A DNA stretch of 64,000 nucleotides from an uncultured Acidobacteriota bacterium (lineage in GTDB: Bacteria > Acidobacteriota > Vicinamibacteria > Vicinamibacterales > 2-12-FULL-66-21), in NCBI GenBank assembly GCA_963776315.1, contig CAVZMJ010000010.1, positions 148,896 through 212,895 of the forward strand, read 5' to 3'. The notes under the pieces are model-generated. The model made no database searches and was not told the origin of the DNA. It saw only the letters and a program-made list of their open reading frames with translations. Position numbers and translations under genes: made by a program. Shown here piece by piece: positions 55,591-64,000 of the stretch; position 1 is the first letter of the stretch; every line of letters begins with the position of its first letter.

Positions 55591-55800
55591 TTAATCCCTG
55601 CCGTGCGGGCCCCACCAGCCGGCGGACACGAGCGTGTCCTGCAGCTCGACCCAGCGTTTGTAGGCCTCGTCAGAGGTCGGGAACGACTCCCGCCGTTCCG
55701 GGCGCTTCGGCTCGGTGATCACAATCTCATAGCCCGAAGCATCGTCTCCCCTGATTTCGCACTGGAGGAACTCCGCCCCGCGTTGAAAGAAATAAAACAT
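55591..55800 (-). CDS. Small conserved-looking protein (69 aa), hypothetical
   Basis: MFYFFQRGAEFLQCEIRGDDASGYEIVITEPKRPERRESFPTSDEAYKRWVELQDTLVSAGWWGPHGRD. Confidence 0.5.
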   Translation of the reverse strand: MFYFFQRGAEFLQCEIRGDDASGYEIVITEPKRPERRESFPTSDEAYKRWVELQDTLVSAGWWGPHGRD

Positions 55801-55847
55801 CTCGCCTTCTGACCAGATATCGGCTCAGGCCCTCCCATGGTGCAGGG

Positions 55848-56132
55848 TCACTGCGCGGCGCGGACGGCGATTACGTGATTCTGCGTGCGATAGAGCAGGG
55901 CGCCCTCTGAGATCGCCGGCGTCGAGAGGACGCTCTCGGTCATGTCGTTCTCGGCCAGCACCTCGAACGCCGGGCCGGCCTTGAGCACGCAGACGTGTCC
56001 CTCCTCGCTCGCGAGGTAGATCTTGCCGTCGGCGGCGATGGGCGACGAAGTGAACGCCGACAAGCCGCCCGCGAGGCGCTGCCAGAATCGCGGATGCGTG
56101 GCATACGGGACGCGGGCGGATCGAAGACAGGC
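55848..56132 (-). pseudogene. C-terminal remnant of a PQQ-like beta-propeller repeat protein
   Basis: The in-frame stretch RVPYATHPRFWQRLAGGLSAFTSSPIAADGKIYLASEEGHVCVLKAGPAFEVLAENDM...ISEGALLYRTQNHVIAVRAAQ opens only inside the palindromic element at 56127. No N-terminal body is present. Confidence 0.6.
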
Positions 56133-56220
56133 TCAAGGCTTTGGGCTCAGGGCTCAGGCAAAACCTTTCGACTACACACTCGAAGATCTTGCTTGAGCCC
56201 TGAGCCTGAGCCCTGAGCCT
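56127..56220. repeat. GGGCTCA-type palindromic element with conserved core
   Basis: acaggctcaaggctttgggctcagggctcaggc aaaacc tttcgactacacactcgaag ... gcttgagccctgagcctgagccctgagcct. Flanked by cgcgggcggatcg and cgatccgcgatccgcg. Confidence 0.8.
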
Positions 56221-56239
56221 CCCGATCCGCGATCCGCGC

Positions 56240-56779
56240 TCAGCGGCCCCCGAGCGACCGCTCGAGCGCTTCGAGACGCTGGTTGAGATCTGTCCAGCGA
56301 CCCTGCTCGGCGGTGATGTCCTGGGTCCGCACGGCCTCGTCGGTCTGCAGTCGTTGAAGGTCGAGCGTCGCCCTCGTCATCTCTGTCTTGAGTTCTTTGA
56401 GCTCCGCCTCGGCTTGCCCTCGCGCCTCGGGGTCGGATGCCTCGCGAGCCATGCGCTCGAGGCTGCTCGTGCGCAGGGTCATGGTCTCGGAATCCCTTTG
56501 CGCCTGTGCCAGCTTGTTTCTGATCTCCTCGAGCCCGCGCACGAGGTTGTTGATGCGCTGCTCCTGAAGCTGTAGCCGTCCCAGGGCCAGCTGCACGCGG
56601 GGACCCGCGGACGCCATCTGCTCCATCGCGGCCCGGAGCCCCCGCACTTCGACGAGAAGCGCCGCAAGAACTTCCGGCGGCGTCGTCGTGGCCTGCGCGC
56701 GGCCGTCCGCGGGCCCTCCGAGGAGTGCCGCCGACACGAGAACTGCCGTCAGGACCAGGGAGCGAAAGGTGGTGGACAT
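56240..56779 (-). CDS. Secreted coiled-coil protein, hypothetical
   Basis: MSTTFRSLVLTAVLVSAALLGGPADGRAQ signal peptide, then a heptad-like Leu/Glu/Arg/Gln-rich sequence. Confidence 0.6.
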   Translation of the reverse strand: MSTTFRSLVLTAVLVSAALLGGPADGRAQATTTPPEVLAALLVEVRGLRAAMEQMASAGPRVQLALGRLQLQEQRINNLVRGLEEIRNKLAQAQRDSETMTLRTSSLERMAREASDPEARGQAEAELKELKTEMTRATLDLQRLQTDEAVRTQDITAEQGRWTDLNQRLEALERSLGGR

Positions 56780-56828
56780 CAGGTGTCTCCCGCGAAAGGC
56801 GAATGGAAGTGGATTCGAAAAGCTGCGT

Positions 56829-58166
56829 TCATCGTTCGACGGACTCGACCCTGGCAAGAGCGGCCGCGATCTCGGGGTTCTGCAGGAACCACGACCAGAC
56901 TCGGCCCGTTCGCAGGTTCTCGGCGCTGAGCAGCGTGATGCCGAGGTCGATGCCAATGACGTCGCGATTGACCCAGCCGTCCGTGGGATGGAAGGCATCA
57001 GCGAACCCGTAGCGCCCGTAGATGCGATCGCCGAATCGACGGTGCATCTCACGAAGAGCGGGAACGGTGATGTCCGGTGCAAACATGAGCGAACCAGCGG
57101 CGGCGGCCGGGACGACTGTGCCGTCGATTGCCTGGTGACGCGGCGGCCCGCCCCATGCGACGTAGCCCTTGCGGCTGTCTGATGCCGTGATTCCCCAGAT
57201 GTTGTCGCTGTAACCGGGGAACTCCGGCCCGAGTGAAAGAACGAACGCCTTGTGCGCGCGCGTCGCCGTCACCGAGTTCTGGAACCAGTCGACCGCTATC
57301 GAGCCGCCCTCGCGCAGCCGGCGGAAGTCGATCCACGCGTGCGAGTACTGGTGCACGAAGAGCGGATCGGACCAGCTGACGTAGGTGAACGGCCCAAAGG
57401 TCATCACGGGCCGCGACCACGCGAACCACGACGCTGCCGGAATTGGATGCGACGGCGATCCGATCGCCAGCACGTAAAGAATCATCAGCTCGCAGTATCG
57501 ATCCCACCGCCCAGCGAGAAATCCCGACTCCGGCTTCCAGCCATGCGACAGCGTCGTCGGACTGCCGGCCAGCATCCACTGGAAATCCACGCGGCGGTAG
57601 ATGGCGTCGGCGTAGCGGACCACGCCGGGGTCGTCTCCGAAGCAGCGCCGTACCGTCAGAACGCCCGAGAGGAGCAGCGCCGTGTCGATCGATGACAATT
57701 CGCTGTGCCACGCCCGCGCACCGGTCTCGAGGTTGACGAAGTGATAGAACCAGCCGTGTTCCTGCGGCATTTTCTCGGCAAACCAGCGCAGCGTCGTTGC
57801 GGCGCGGTCGACGGCGCTCGCGCGTGGCTGCCAGCCGCGGGCGGCCGCAATGCACAGCCCGCTCAGCCCGAAGCCAACGGACGCGATGCTGCCGATGTGG
57901 GCGGCTTCTTCGCTGGCGGGACCACCGTCGGTGCGCGACCGGTCGCGGATGATGCCGGTGCGGACATCCGCCTGCTCCCAGAAGAACGCAAACGAGCGCC
58001 GTGCCAGATCCTCGAGAAACCGATCGTCCGCACGGCTCAGCCGATAGGCGGTCGGCGAGGCCGAGGGCTGTCGGGCCCGCTCCACAACACGCAGCGGTGC
58101 GCCGCCGATGTGACCGGCGACGAGCGCGACGAGCACGACCCAGGCCTTCAGAGCCACTGAGGACAA
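56829..58166 (-). CDS. Glucoamylase-like / beta-1,2-glucanase-like (six-hairpin) family protein
   Basis: [17 protein letters not shown]..., [39 protein letters not shown] resemble the family annotated as glucoamylase family protein. From memory only. Confidence 0.6.
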   Translation of the reverse strand: MSSVALKAWVVLVALVAGHIGGAPLRVVERARQPSASPTAYRLSRADDRFLEDLARRSFAFFWEQADVRTGIIRDRSRTDGGPASEEAAHIGSIASVGFGLSGLCIAAARGWQPRASAVDRAATTLRWFAEKMPQEHGWFYHFVNLETGARAWHSELSSIDTALLLSGVLTVRRCFGDDPGVVRYADAIYRRVDFQWMLAGSPTTLSHGWKPESGFLAGRWDRYCELMILYVLAIGSPSHPIPAASWFAWSRPVMTFGPFTYVSWSDPLFVHQYSHAWIDFRRLREGGSIAVDWFQNSVTATRAHKAFVLSLGPEFPGYSDNIWGITASDSRKGYVAWGGPPRHQAIDGTVVPAAAAGSLMFAPDITVPALREMHRRFGDRIYGRYGFADAFHPTDGWVNRDVIGIDLGITLLSAENLRTGRVWSWFLQNPEIAAALARVESVER

Positions 58167-58268
58167 GGTATACCGAACGGCACCAGCGGGCTGGGGTTTT
58201 CAGACCTCGAAAAGGCTTGTGAGACGCGGAGAGCCGCGGAAGCCCTATATAATCGTAGGTTGACCGTC

Positions 58269-59969
58269 ATGGACAAGCCGACAACGGAGCCAGTCCGCGA
58301 AGCGGGCACGCCGCTGGACTTCATCCGCACGATAGTGGCCGAGGACATCAAGGCCGGTAAACACGAGGGGCGCATTGCGACCCGGTTTCCGCCCGAGCCG
58401 AACGGCTACCTGCACATCGGGCACGCGAAATCGATCTGCCTCAACTTCGGCGTCGCGGCGGAGTTTGGCGGCACCTGCAACCTGCGGTTCGACGACACCA
58501 ATCCCACCAAGGAAGACGTCGAATACGTCGATTCGATTCAGGAAGACGTCCGCTGGCTCGGCTTCACCTGGAGCGGGCAGCCGCTCTACGCGTCGGACTA
58601 CTTCGAGCGGCTGTACCAGTACGCGCAGCACCTGATCAGGGCAGGACTCGCCTACGTCGACAGCCTGACGGCCGAGGAGATCCGCGCGCACCGCGGCACC
58701 CTGACCGAGCCGGGGACTTCCAGCCCGTATCGCGACCGGCCCGCAGAGGAGAGCCTCGATCTCTTCGCCCGCATGCGCGCGGGCGAGTTCCCCGACGGGG
58801 CGCTCGTGCTGCGCGCGAAGATCGACATGGCGTCGCCGAACATCAACCTGCGCGATCCCGTGCTGTACCGCATCCGGCGCGCGCACCATCACCGGACGGG
58901 CGATGCGTGGTGCATCTACCCGATGTACGACTTCGCGCACCCACCCTCGGACGCCCTCGAGCACATCACCCACTCGCTCTGCACGCTCGAGTTCGAGGAC
59001 CACCGTCCCCTCTACGACTGGCTGATCGAGAACCTGCCCGTGCCGTCACAACCGCGCCAGATCGAGTTCGCGCGGCTGAACCTGACCTACACGGTCATGA
59101 GCAAGCGCCGGCTGCTGGAGCTCGTCGCGGAAGGTCACGTCTCGGGTTGGGACGACCCTCGCATGCCGACGATCGTCGGGATGCGGCGCCGCGGCTACAC
59201 GCCGGAGGCCATCCGCGCGTTCTGCGACCGCATCGGCGTCGCCAAGCGCGAGAACATGGTCGATGTCGCCCTGCTCGAGCACGCCGTGCGCGAAGACCTG
59301 AACCGCCGCGCGCCGCGCGTGATGGGCGTGCTCGATCCGCTCCGCGTCGTGATCGAGAACTACGCTGAGAACGAAAGCGAAGAGTTCGAGGTTGCGAACA
59401 ACCCCGAAGACGATGCAGCCGGGACCCGGCGCGTGCCGTTCTCCCGCGTGCTCTTTATCGAACGCGACGATTTCCGCGAAGAGCCGCCGAAGAAGTTCTT
59501 CCGGCTCAGCCCCGGGCGCGAGGTACGGCTCCGCGGCGCCTACTTCATCACCTGCACGGGCGTCGTCAAGGATCCCGCATCCGGGGACGTCGTCGAGCTC
59601 CGGTGCACCTACGATCCGGCAACGCGCGGCGGAGACGCGGCCGACGGCCGCAAGGTCAAGTCGACGCTGCACTGGGTCTCGGCCGCGCACGCAGTTGGCG
59701 TCGAGGTCAGACTCTACGATCGGCTGTTCACGAGCGAGAACCCAGGCGCGATCGACGACTACCGCTCGCAACTCAACCCGAAGTCACTCGAGGTGTTGAC
59801 CCGCTGCTGGATCGAGCCGAGCGTCACCGGGGCGCCGGCGGGGACGCGCTACCAGTTCGAGCGGCTCGGCTATTTCTGCGTCGACGCCGATTCGACGCCG
59901 GGCCGACTGGTGTTCAACCGCACCGTAACCCTCAAAGACACCTGGGCACGAATCGAGCAGCGCGGGTGA
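58269..59969 (+). CDS. glnS: Glutamine--tRNA ligase
   Basis: [17 protein letters not shown] (HIGH), [10 protein letters not shown] (KMSKS) and the typical GlnRS C-terminal beta-barrel region. Confidence 0.95.
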   Translation: MDKPTTEPVREAGTPLDFIRTIVAEDIKAGKHEGRIATRFPPEPNGYLHIGHAKSICLNFGVAAEFGGTCNLRFDDTNPTKEDVEYVDSIQEDVRWLGFTWSGQPLYASDYFERLYQYAQHLIRAGLAYVDSLTAEEIRAHRGTLTEPGTSSPYRDRPAEESLDLFARMRAGEFPDGALVLRAKIDMASPNINLRDPVLYRIRRAHHHRTGDAWCIYPMYDFAHPPSDALEHITHSLCTLEFEDHRPLYDWLIENLPVPSQPRQIEFARLNLTYTVMSKRRLLELVAEGHVSGWDDPRMPTIVGMRRRGYTPEAIRAFCDRIGVAKRENMVDVALLEHAVREDLNRRAPRVMGVLDPLRVVIENYAENESEEFEVANNPEDDAAGTRRVPFSRVLFIERDDFREEPPKKFFRLSPGREVRLRGAYFITCTGVVKDPASGDVVELRCTYDPATRGGDAADGRKVKSTLHWVSAAHAVGVEVRLYDRLFTSENPGAIDDYRSQLNPKSLEVLTRCWIEPSVTGAPAGTRYQFERLGYFCVDADSTPGRLVFNRTVTLKDTWARIEQRG

Positions 59970-60212
59970 GCGGGCGGGTCTGCCTCCCGGTAGACTTGGT
60001 CTATCGAGCAGACTTCATTCCGGCTTTGGCGGCGAATAAAGTCTTGTTTCGGGTAGACTTTTGCTGATTCCAGCTCTGTAATAAGTTCCTAAGCTATTGT
60101 CCTGTAAGCCGTTGTAAGAAGTCATCAACGCTGAGACTCGGGCATTCCCCTTGCGGATACGGTGTGCGGGCGCCTCGTGCGTCAGAGACAGCCGGAACCA
60201 AAGGGACGATCA

Positions 60213-61466
60213 ATGCCACGTATTCTCGCCATCGAAGCCGATTCCAAACGCTGCCGCGTGCTGACTGCGCTCGTGCGCGAGCACGTGAAGGCCAACCTCG
60301 TGGTCGTCTCCTCCGTACGGGCCGCCATCGACTCCATTGCCGAACACACGCCCGATTTGATCATCGCGCCGGCGCTGCTCTCGCCCCCGGACGAGGCCGA
60401 GTTGCACACGCACATGAAAGGGCTCGATACGGCGCCCTACATTCAGATGCTGACCGTGCCCGCCCTCGACATGCTGGTGGACGCGCCCCGGGAAGAGTCG
60501 CGCCGCCGGAGCCTGTTTGGTCCGGTCTTCAATCGCCGGCCCGTCTCGCTGGGCCTCCAGTACGACCGCAGCATGGTGGCGGCGCAGATCGTGGACGGCC
60601 TCGCGCGCGCCCGTCAGCAGCGGATGGAATACGCCGCGATGCTCGCCTACAAGGAAGCGGCGAGCTGCGCTCCGCGCGAATCGTCGCTGGTCCTCGCGCG
60701 AGCCGGTCATCACGACATCGCCGAAGCAAGCGACGCGTTCATCGAACAGCAGCTGCGCGACCGTGCCCGTGACGAGCGTCGTATCGCCCTGCGGAAGGGC
60801 CTCGGCGACGTGCCCTGGTTGTCGGGGATCAAGCTCTCGTGGGGACCGGAGCTGCAGCTGATCAACATCTCGAGCACGGGAGTGCTGGTCGAGACCGGAT
60901 CCAAGTTCGCGCCCGGCAGCACGACCAACCTGCAACTCTGTGGTCCGGAGACCAATCTTGTGGTGCCGGTGCGTTTCATCCGCAGCGACGTCGCCAGAAT
61001 CGACGGGCTCGGCGTTCGCTACCGCGCCGCCGCGGCCTTCACGAAAGAGATCGATCTGGCGGGACCCCGGCGCGATGCCGGTCTGCCGGCGACGCCACCG
61101 GAGGCGCTCGCGGCGCTGCTCGGCTCGGTGCTGTCGTCCGGGCGCGAGCGTCCTGAGCCAGCGCACGCCAGGTTTGCTCAGGGGCTCCGCCAACTGGTCG
61201 GCGCCCGCGATGTTCGGCTGAGCGCAGCAGGAATGGGATCTCAAGCCGGGAGGGAAACGCTTTACTTCGACGTTCCTGGCGACGACCGATCGCGCGCGAC
61301 GCTGCAAGTGACCTTCGACCGCAATCACGACGTCACCGACCCCGAGTTCAAGCTGCTCAAGGCCGCCGCATGGCTCACCGCCGCAGTCCTCGAGCTCGAG
61401 AAGCCAGTCACGCCCGCCGCCGAACGCCCAGCCGACATGGCGCTTCTCACCGAGCGCGTGGCATAG
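60213..61466 (+). CDS. Pseudo-receiver plus PilZ domain protein
   Basis: MPRILAIEADSKR...PDLIIAPALL (Ala where the phospho-acceptor Asp is expected), then RRIALR ... NISSTG PilZ motifs. Confidence 0.7.
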   Translation: MPRILAIEADSKRCRVLTALVREHVKANLVVVSSVRAAIDSIAEHTPDLIIAPALLSPPDEAELHTHMKGLDTAPYIQMLTVPALDMLVDAPREESRRRSLFGPVFNRRPVSLGLQYDRSMVAAQIVDGLARARQQRMEYAAMLAYKEAASCAPRESSLVLARAGHHDIAEASDAFIEQQLRDRARDERRIALRKGLGDVPWLSGIKLSWGPELQLINISSTGVLVETGSKFAPGSTTNLQLCGPETNLVVPVRFIRSDVARIDGLGVRYRAAAAFTKEIDLAGPRRDAGLPATPPEALAALLGSVLSSGRERPEPAHARFAQGLRQLVGARDVRLSAAGMGSQAGRETLYFDVPGDDRSRATLQVTFDRNHDVTDPEFKLLKAAAWLTAAVLELEKPVTPAAERPADMALLTERVA

Positions 61467-61480
61467 ACGCTCGAGACGTT

Positions 61481-61560
61481 GGGCTCAGGGCTCAGGAAAG
61501 AACTCGCTGTCCCTAGTCGCAGGGCTAGGATCGGTATGTTCTTGCCTGAGCCCTGAGCCC
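61481..61560. repeat. GGGCTCA-type palindromic element
   Basis: gggctcagggctcaggaaagaac ... gttcttgcctgagccctgagccc. Confidence 0.7.
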
Positions 61561-61587
61561 TGATCGATTGATCCATGCGCATCGACA

Positions 61588-62014
61588 TCAAGCTTCGGTG
61601 AAGATGCGGCCGCGCAGCGGCTGGACACCAAGCATCCGCAGCAGCGAGGGCCTGCCAACCGTGCCGGTGATGCGCTGCGAGGCGCCGCCCGAGCCGCTCG
61701 CCGGGCCGCCGATCGTCATGCCCCGCGTGTCGTAGAGCGCCCGCTCCTCGAAGACGTCCACGTCGCGCAGTCGATCGTAGTAGTCGGGCACGCCGTTTGA
61801 AGCCTGCTCGACACCGGATAACTGTTGAAGATACGCACGAGCCGCTCGGGCTCGGGAACGGGCAGGGGGCGCAGTAACACTGCGCTGACACTCGAGGAAA
61901 TGGCCGCATTCGCCCCGATGCACACCGCCAGCGTGAGGAGCGTCGGGAGCGCGAACGCCCGATCGGACCAGAGCAGCCGGACCGCAACTTCAGATCTTTG
62001 AATAGTCGATCCAT
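61588..62014 (-). pseudogene. N-terminal remnant of an ADOP permease with two frameshifts
   Basis: MDRLFKDLK | AVRLLWSDRAFALPTLLTLAVCIGANAAISSSVSAVLLRPLPVPEPERLVRIFNSYP | GVEQASNGVPDYYDRLRDVDVFEE...LGVQPLRGRIFTEA, then a stop. Three frames, about 140 aa of an 800+ aa protein. Confidence 0.65.
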
Positions 62015-62138
62015 AGAGCCTTATTACGTCCGATGGACGGTTGTCGTGCGGATTCGACCGTAACGGCAACCTGATTGACGCTGTCCCTCAGGGCCCATCA
62101 CCATCGGACTCCGTTCGCGAACAGCCAAGGAGTCTTGA

Positions 62139-64000
62139 ATGTTTCAACGTTCCCTGTCGGCTCTGCTCTCCCGTCGCGCTCTCGGCCTGGCGATCGCGAT
62201 GCTGCTGAGCCTGCCTGCCGCAGGCATCGCGCAGACGATCCAAGGTCAGATTTCAGGCCGCATCACCGATTCCTCCGGCGGGGTCCTGCCTGGGGTGACC
62301 GTGACGATCGTCAATGACGGCACCGGATTCACCGACACTCGCGTGACCGACGCCGCCGGCTTGTATACGTTCACCAACCTCCGCGTCGGCACCTACTCGG
62401 TCTCGGCGGAGATGCAAGGTTTCCGCAAGGAACAGCGAACCGGGTTCTCCCTCACCGCCGACGGCCGTCTCTCGGCGGACTTCTCCCTCGGCGTCGGTGA
62501 GCTGAACGAATCGGTCGAGGTGACGGCCACGCTGGGCGAGGCGGTCAACCGCACGAGCGGCGAAGTGGCGCGCACGATCGACTCGCAGCAGATCAGGGAC
62601 CTTGCGTTCAACGGCCGAAACTACCTCGAGCTCGCCTCGCTCATACCCGGCGCGGTCGCGACCGACTTCGATCCGCTCGCGCTCGCGACCAGCCTCAGCG
62701 TGACGGGCCAGTCGATCAACGGCAGCCGCAGCAATACGAACAACCTGACCGTCGACGGCGGGTCGAACCTCGACTCGGGCTCGAACGGTAGCCAGATCAA
62801 CAACGTGAGCCTGAGCTTCATCGACCAGGTCAAGATCCAGACGTCGAACTTCTCGGCGGAGCTCGGGCGCAACAGCGGCGGGGCCATCAACGTCGTGACC
62901 CGCAGCGGAACCAACAAGTTCCAGGGCACGGCGCGGTACGACTTCCGCGACGAGAAGTTCGACGAGCCGAACTACTTCGCCGCGCGCGACGCCAACGGCA
63001 ACCGGACGAAGCCCGCCCTCGAGTTCAAGAACTTCGAGGGCGCGCTCGGTGGTCCGATTCTCCGCAACAAGCTTTTCTTCTTCGGCGGCCAGCAGTACCG
63101 CGTCATCAACCGCTTCACGAACCCGGCGCGGCAGACCATGCCGACGCGCGCCGAGCTCGCGGGCGACTTCTCCTTCCGCCTTCGCGGTACCGACAACATC
63201 GTCGGCACCGCCGACGATGGCGTGCTGCGTGATCCGGCCACCGGACAGCAGTTCCCCGGCAACGTGATCCCGTCTGGCCGCATTACGACCGACGGACGGG
63301 CGATCGCCAATACCTATAACCGGATGATCGAATTGGCGTCGGAGTACACGAGCACGCCGACAGCGAACAATGCGACCTACCAGCTCTACAACCCATTCGA
63401 GCAACGTCAGGACATCATCCGCATCGACTGGCAGGCCACGGGAAATCAGCGCGTGCACGGACGGTATCTGCACGACGAGTACGACCTGCTCGATCCGTAC
63501 GGCGTGTTCTCCGGCGCGGCGCTGCCGACCGTGCCGACCAACCGTTCGCGGCCCGGCACCAGCTACCAGATTGGTCACACGTGGGTCGTCCGGCCGACGC
63601 TGGTAAACGAGGCCAGGATCAGCGCGGCGTGGAACGGGCAGCGAATCAACCCGCAGGGCGACACGTGGCTTCGGGATACCTATGGCTATCAGTTTCCCGA
63701 GCTCTACCCGGGCGGCTTTATCACCGACGGCATCCCTTCGGTGAGTGTCTCGGGGTTCGCGGCCCTGACGTCGCCATCATTCGCGCTGCTCTCCCCGACG
63801 ACCGACATCACGTTCCAGGACACGCTGACCTACTCGCGCTCCACCCATTCCATCCGCACCGGCTTTGCCCTGTCACGCAACCGGAAGGATCAGAATGGAC
63901 GAGCGGCCTACTTGGGCAACGTCGCTTTCAACCCCTCTGGGAACCCGAACAGCACGAGCAACGCGCTCGCCGACGCGCTGCTCGGTAACTTCAGAACTTA
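62139..64000 (+). CDS. TonB-dependent receptor with carboxypeptidase-regulatory-like N-terminus (runs off window end)
   Basis: AAGGAG precedes the ATG at 62139. Own translation MFQRSLSALLSRRALGLAIAMLLSLPAAGIAQTIQGQISGRITDSSGGVLPGVTVTIVNDGTG...NGRNYLELASLIPG..., open to 64000. Confidence 0.85.
   Translation, partial: MFQRSLSALLSRRALGLAIAMLLSLPAAGIAQTIQGQISGRITDSSGGVLPGVTVTIVNDGTGFTDTRVTDAAGLYTFTNLRVGTYSVSAEMQGFRKEQRTGFSLTADGRLSADFSLGVGELNESVEVTATLGEAVNRTSGEVARTIDSQQIRDLAFNGRNYLELASLIPGAVATDFDPLALATSLSVTGQSINGSRSNTNNLTVDGGSNLDSGSNGSQINNVSLSFIDQVKIQTSNFSAELGRNSGGAINVVTRSGTNKFQGTARYDFRDEKFDEPNYFAARDANGNRTKPALEFKNFEGALGGPILRNKLFFFGGQQYRVINRFTNPARQTMPTRAELAGDFSFRLRGTDNIVGTADDGVLRDPATGQQFPGNVIPSGRITTDGRAIANTYNRMIELASEYTSTPTANNATYQLYNPFEQRQDIIRIDWQATGNQRVHGRYLHDEYDLLDPYGVFSGAALPTVPTNRSRPGTSYQIGHTWVVRPTLVNEARISAAWNGQRINPQGDTWLRDTYGYQFPELYPGGFITDGIPSVSVSGFAALTSPSFALLSPTTDITFQDTLTYSRSTHSIRTGFALSRNRKDQNGRAAYLGNVAFNPSGNPNSTSNALADALLGNFRT

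Noticed and set aside
62253-63578. 441 aa minus-strand ORF
   Set aside because: Antisense to the TonB-dependent receptor that runs off the window end. Composition is Arg/Val/Gly-rich and motif-free.
1-64000. tRNA, rRNA, tmRNA or riboswitch genes
   Set aside because: Scanning the intergenic regions by eye revealed no cloverleaf-like or rRNA-like sequence. The structured intergenic stretches are all explained by the repeat families.

Overview
Visibly GC-rich chromosomal segment. No tRNA, rRNA or CRISPR array was recognised. The gene content looks like Acidobacteriota: four ADOP/MacB-like duplicated permeases (one with a PadR partner), TonB-dependent receptors with carboxypeptidase-regulatory-like N-termini at both window edges, a PEP-CTERM protein and a BlaI/BlaR1-TonB pair. 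Housekeeping and metabolic genes include glnS, a YeiP/EfpL-type EF-P paralog, an ABC-F ATPase, the mtnB-mtnD-mtnC methionine-salvage genes, M13 and M28 peptidases, a CE15-like esterase and an L,D-transpeptidase. There is also a small toxin-antitoxin patch (HipA/YjjJ-like kinase plus Xre-RES) and a c-di-GMP neighbourhood (three PilZ proteins plus an HD-GYP protein). Three things stand out. (1) A very dense population of intergenic palindromic elements has arms built from short tandem motifs (GGGCTCA, GGGATCA, GCGGATCAC, CGAAG-type, GCTGCTC and others). One of them sits in frame inside mtnC, and several abut truncated genes. (2) One such element (27490-28826) carries a group-II-intron-type reverse transcriptase ORF lacking the maturase/thumb region, preceded by three hairpins including a perfect 33 bp stem. 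A 0.33 kb copy without the RT lies 5 kb upstream and shows compensatory changes in that stem. (3) There are unusually many frameshifted or truncated genes: GIY-YIG, alpha/beta hydrolase, ADOP permease, mtnB, M28 peptidase, a multiply broken FMN-dependent dehydrogenase and three gene remnants. I cannot tell real decay from assembly indels without reads. All calls rest on my own reading and translation of the sequence and on remembered family motifs; no searches were run.
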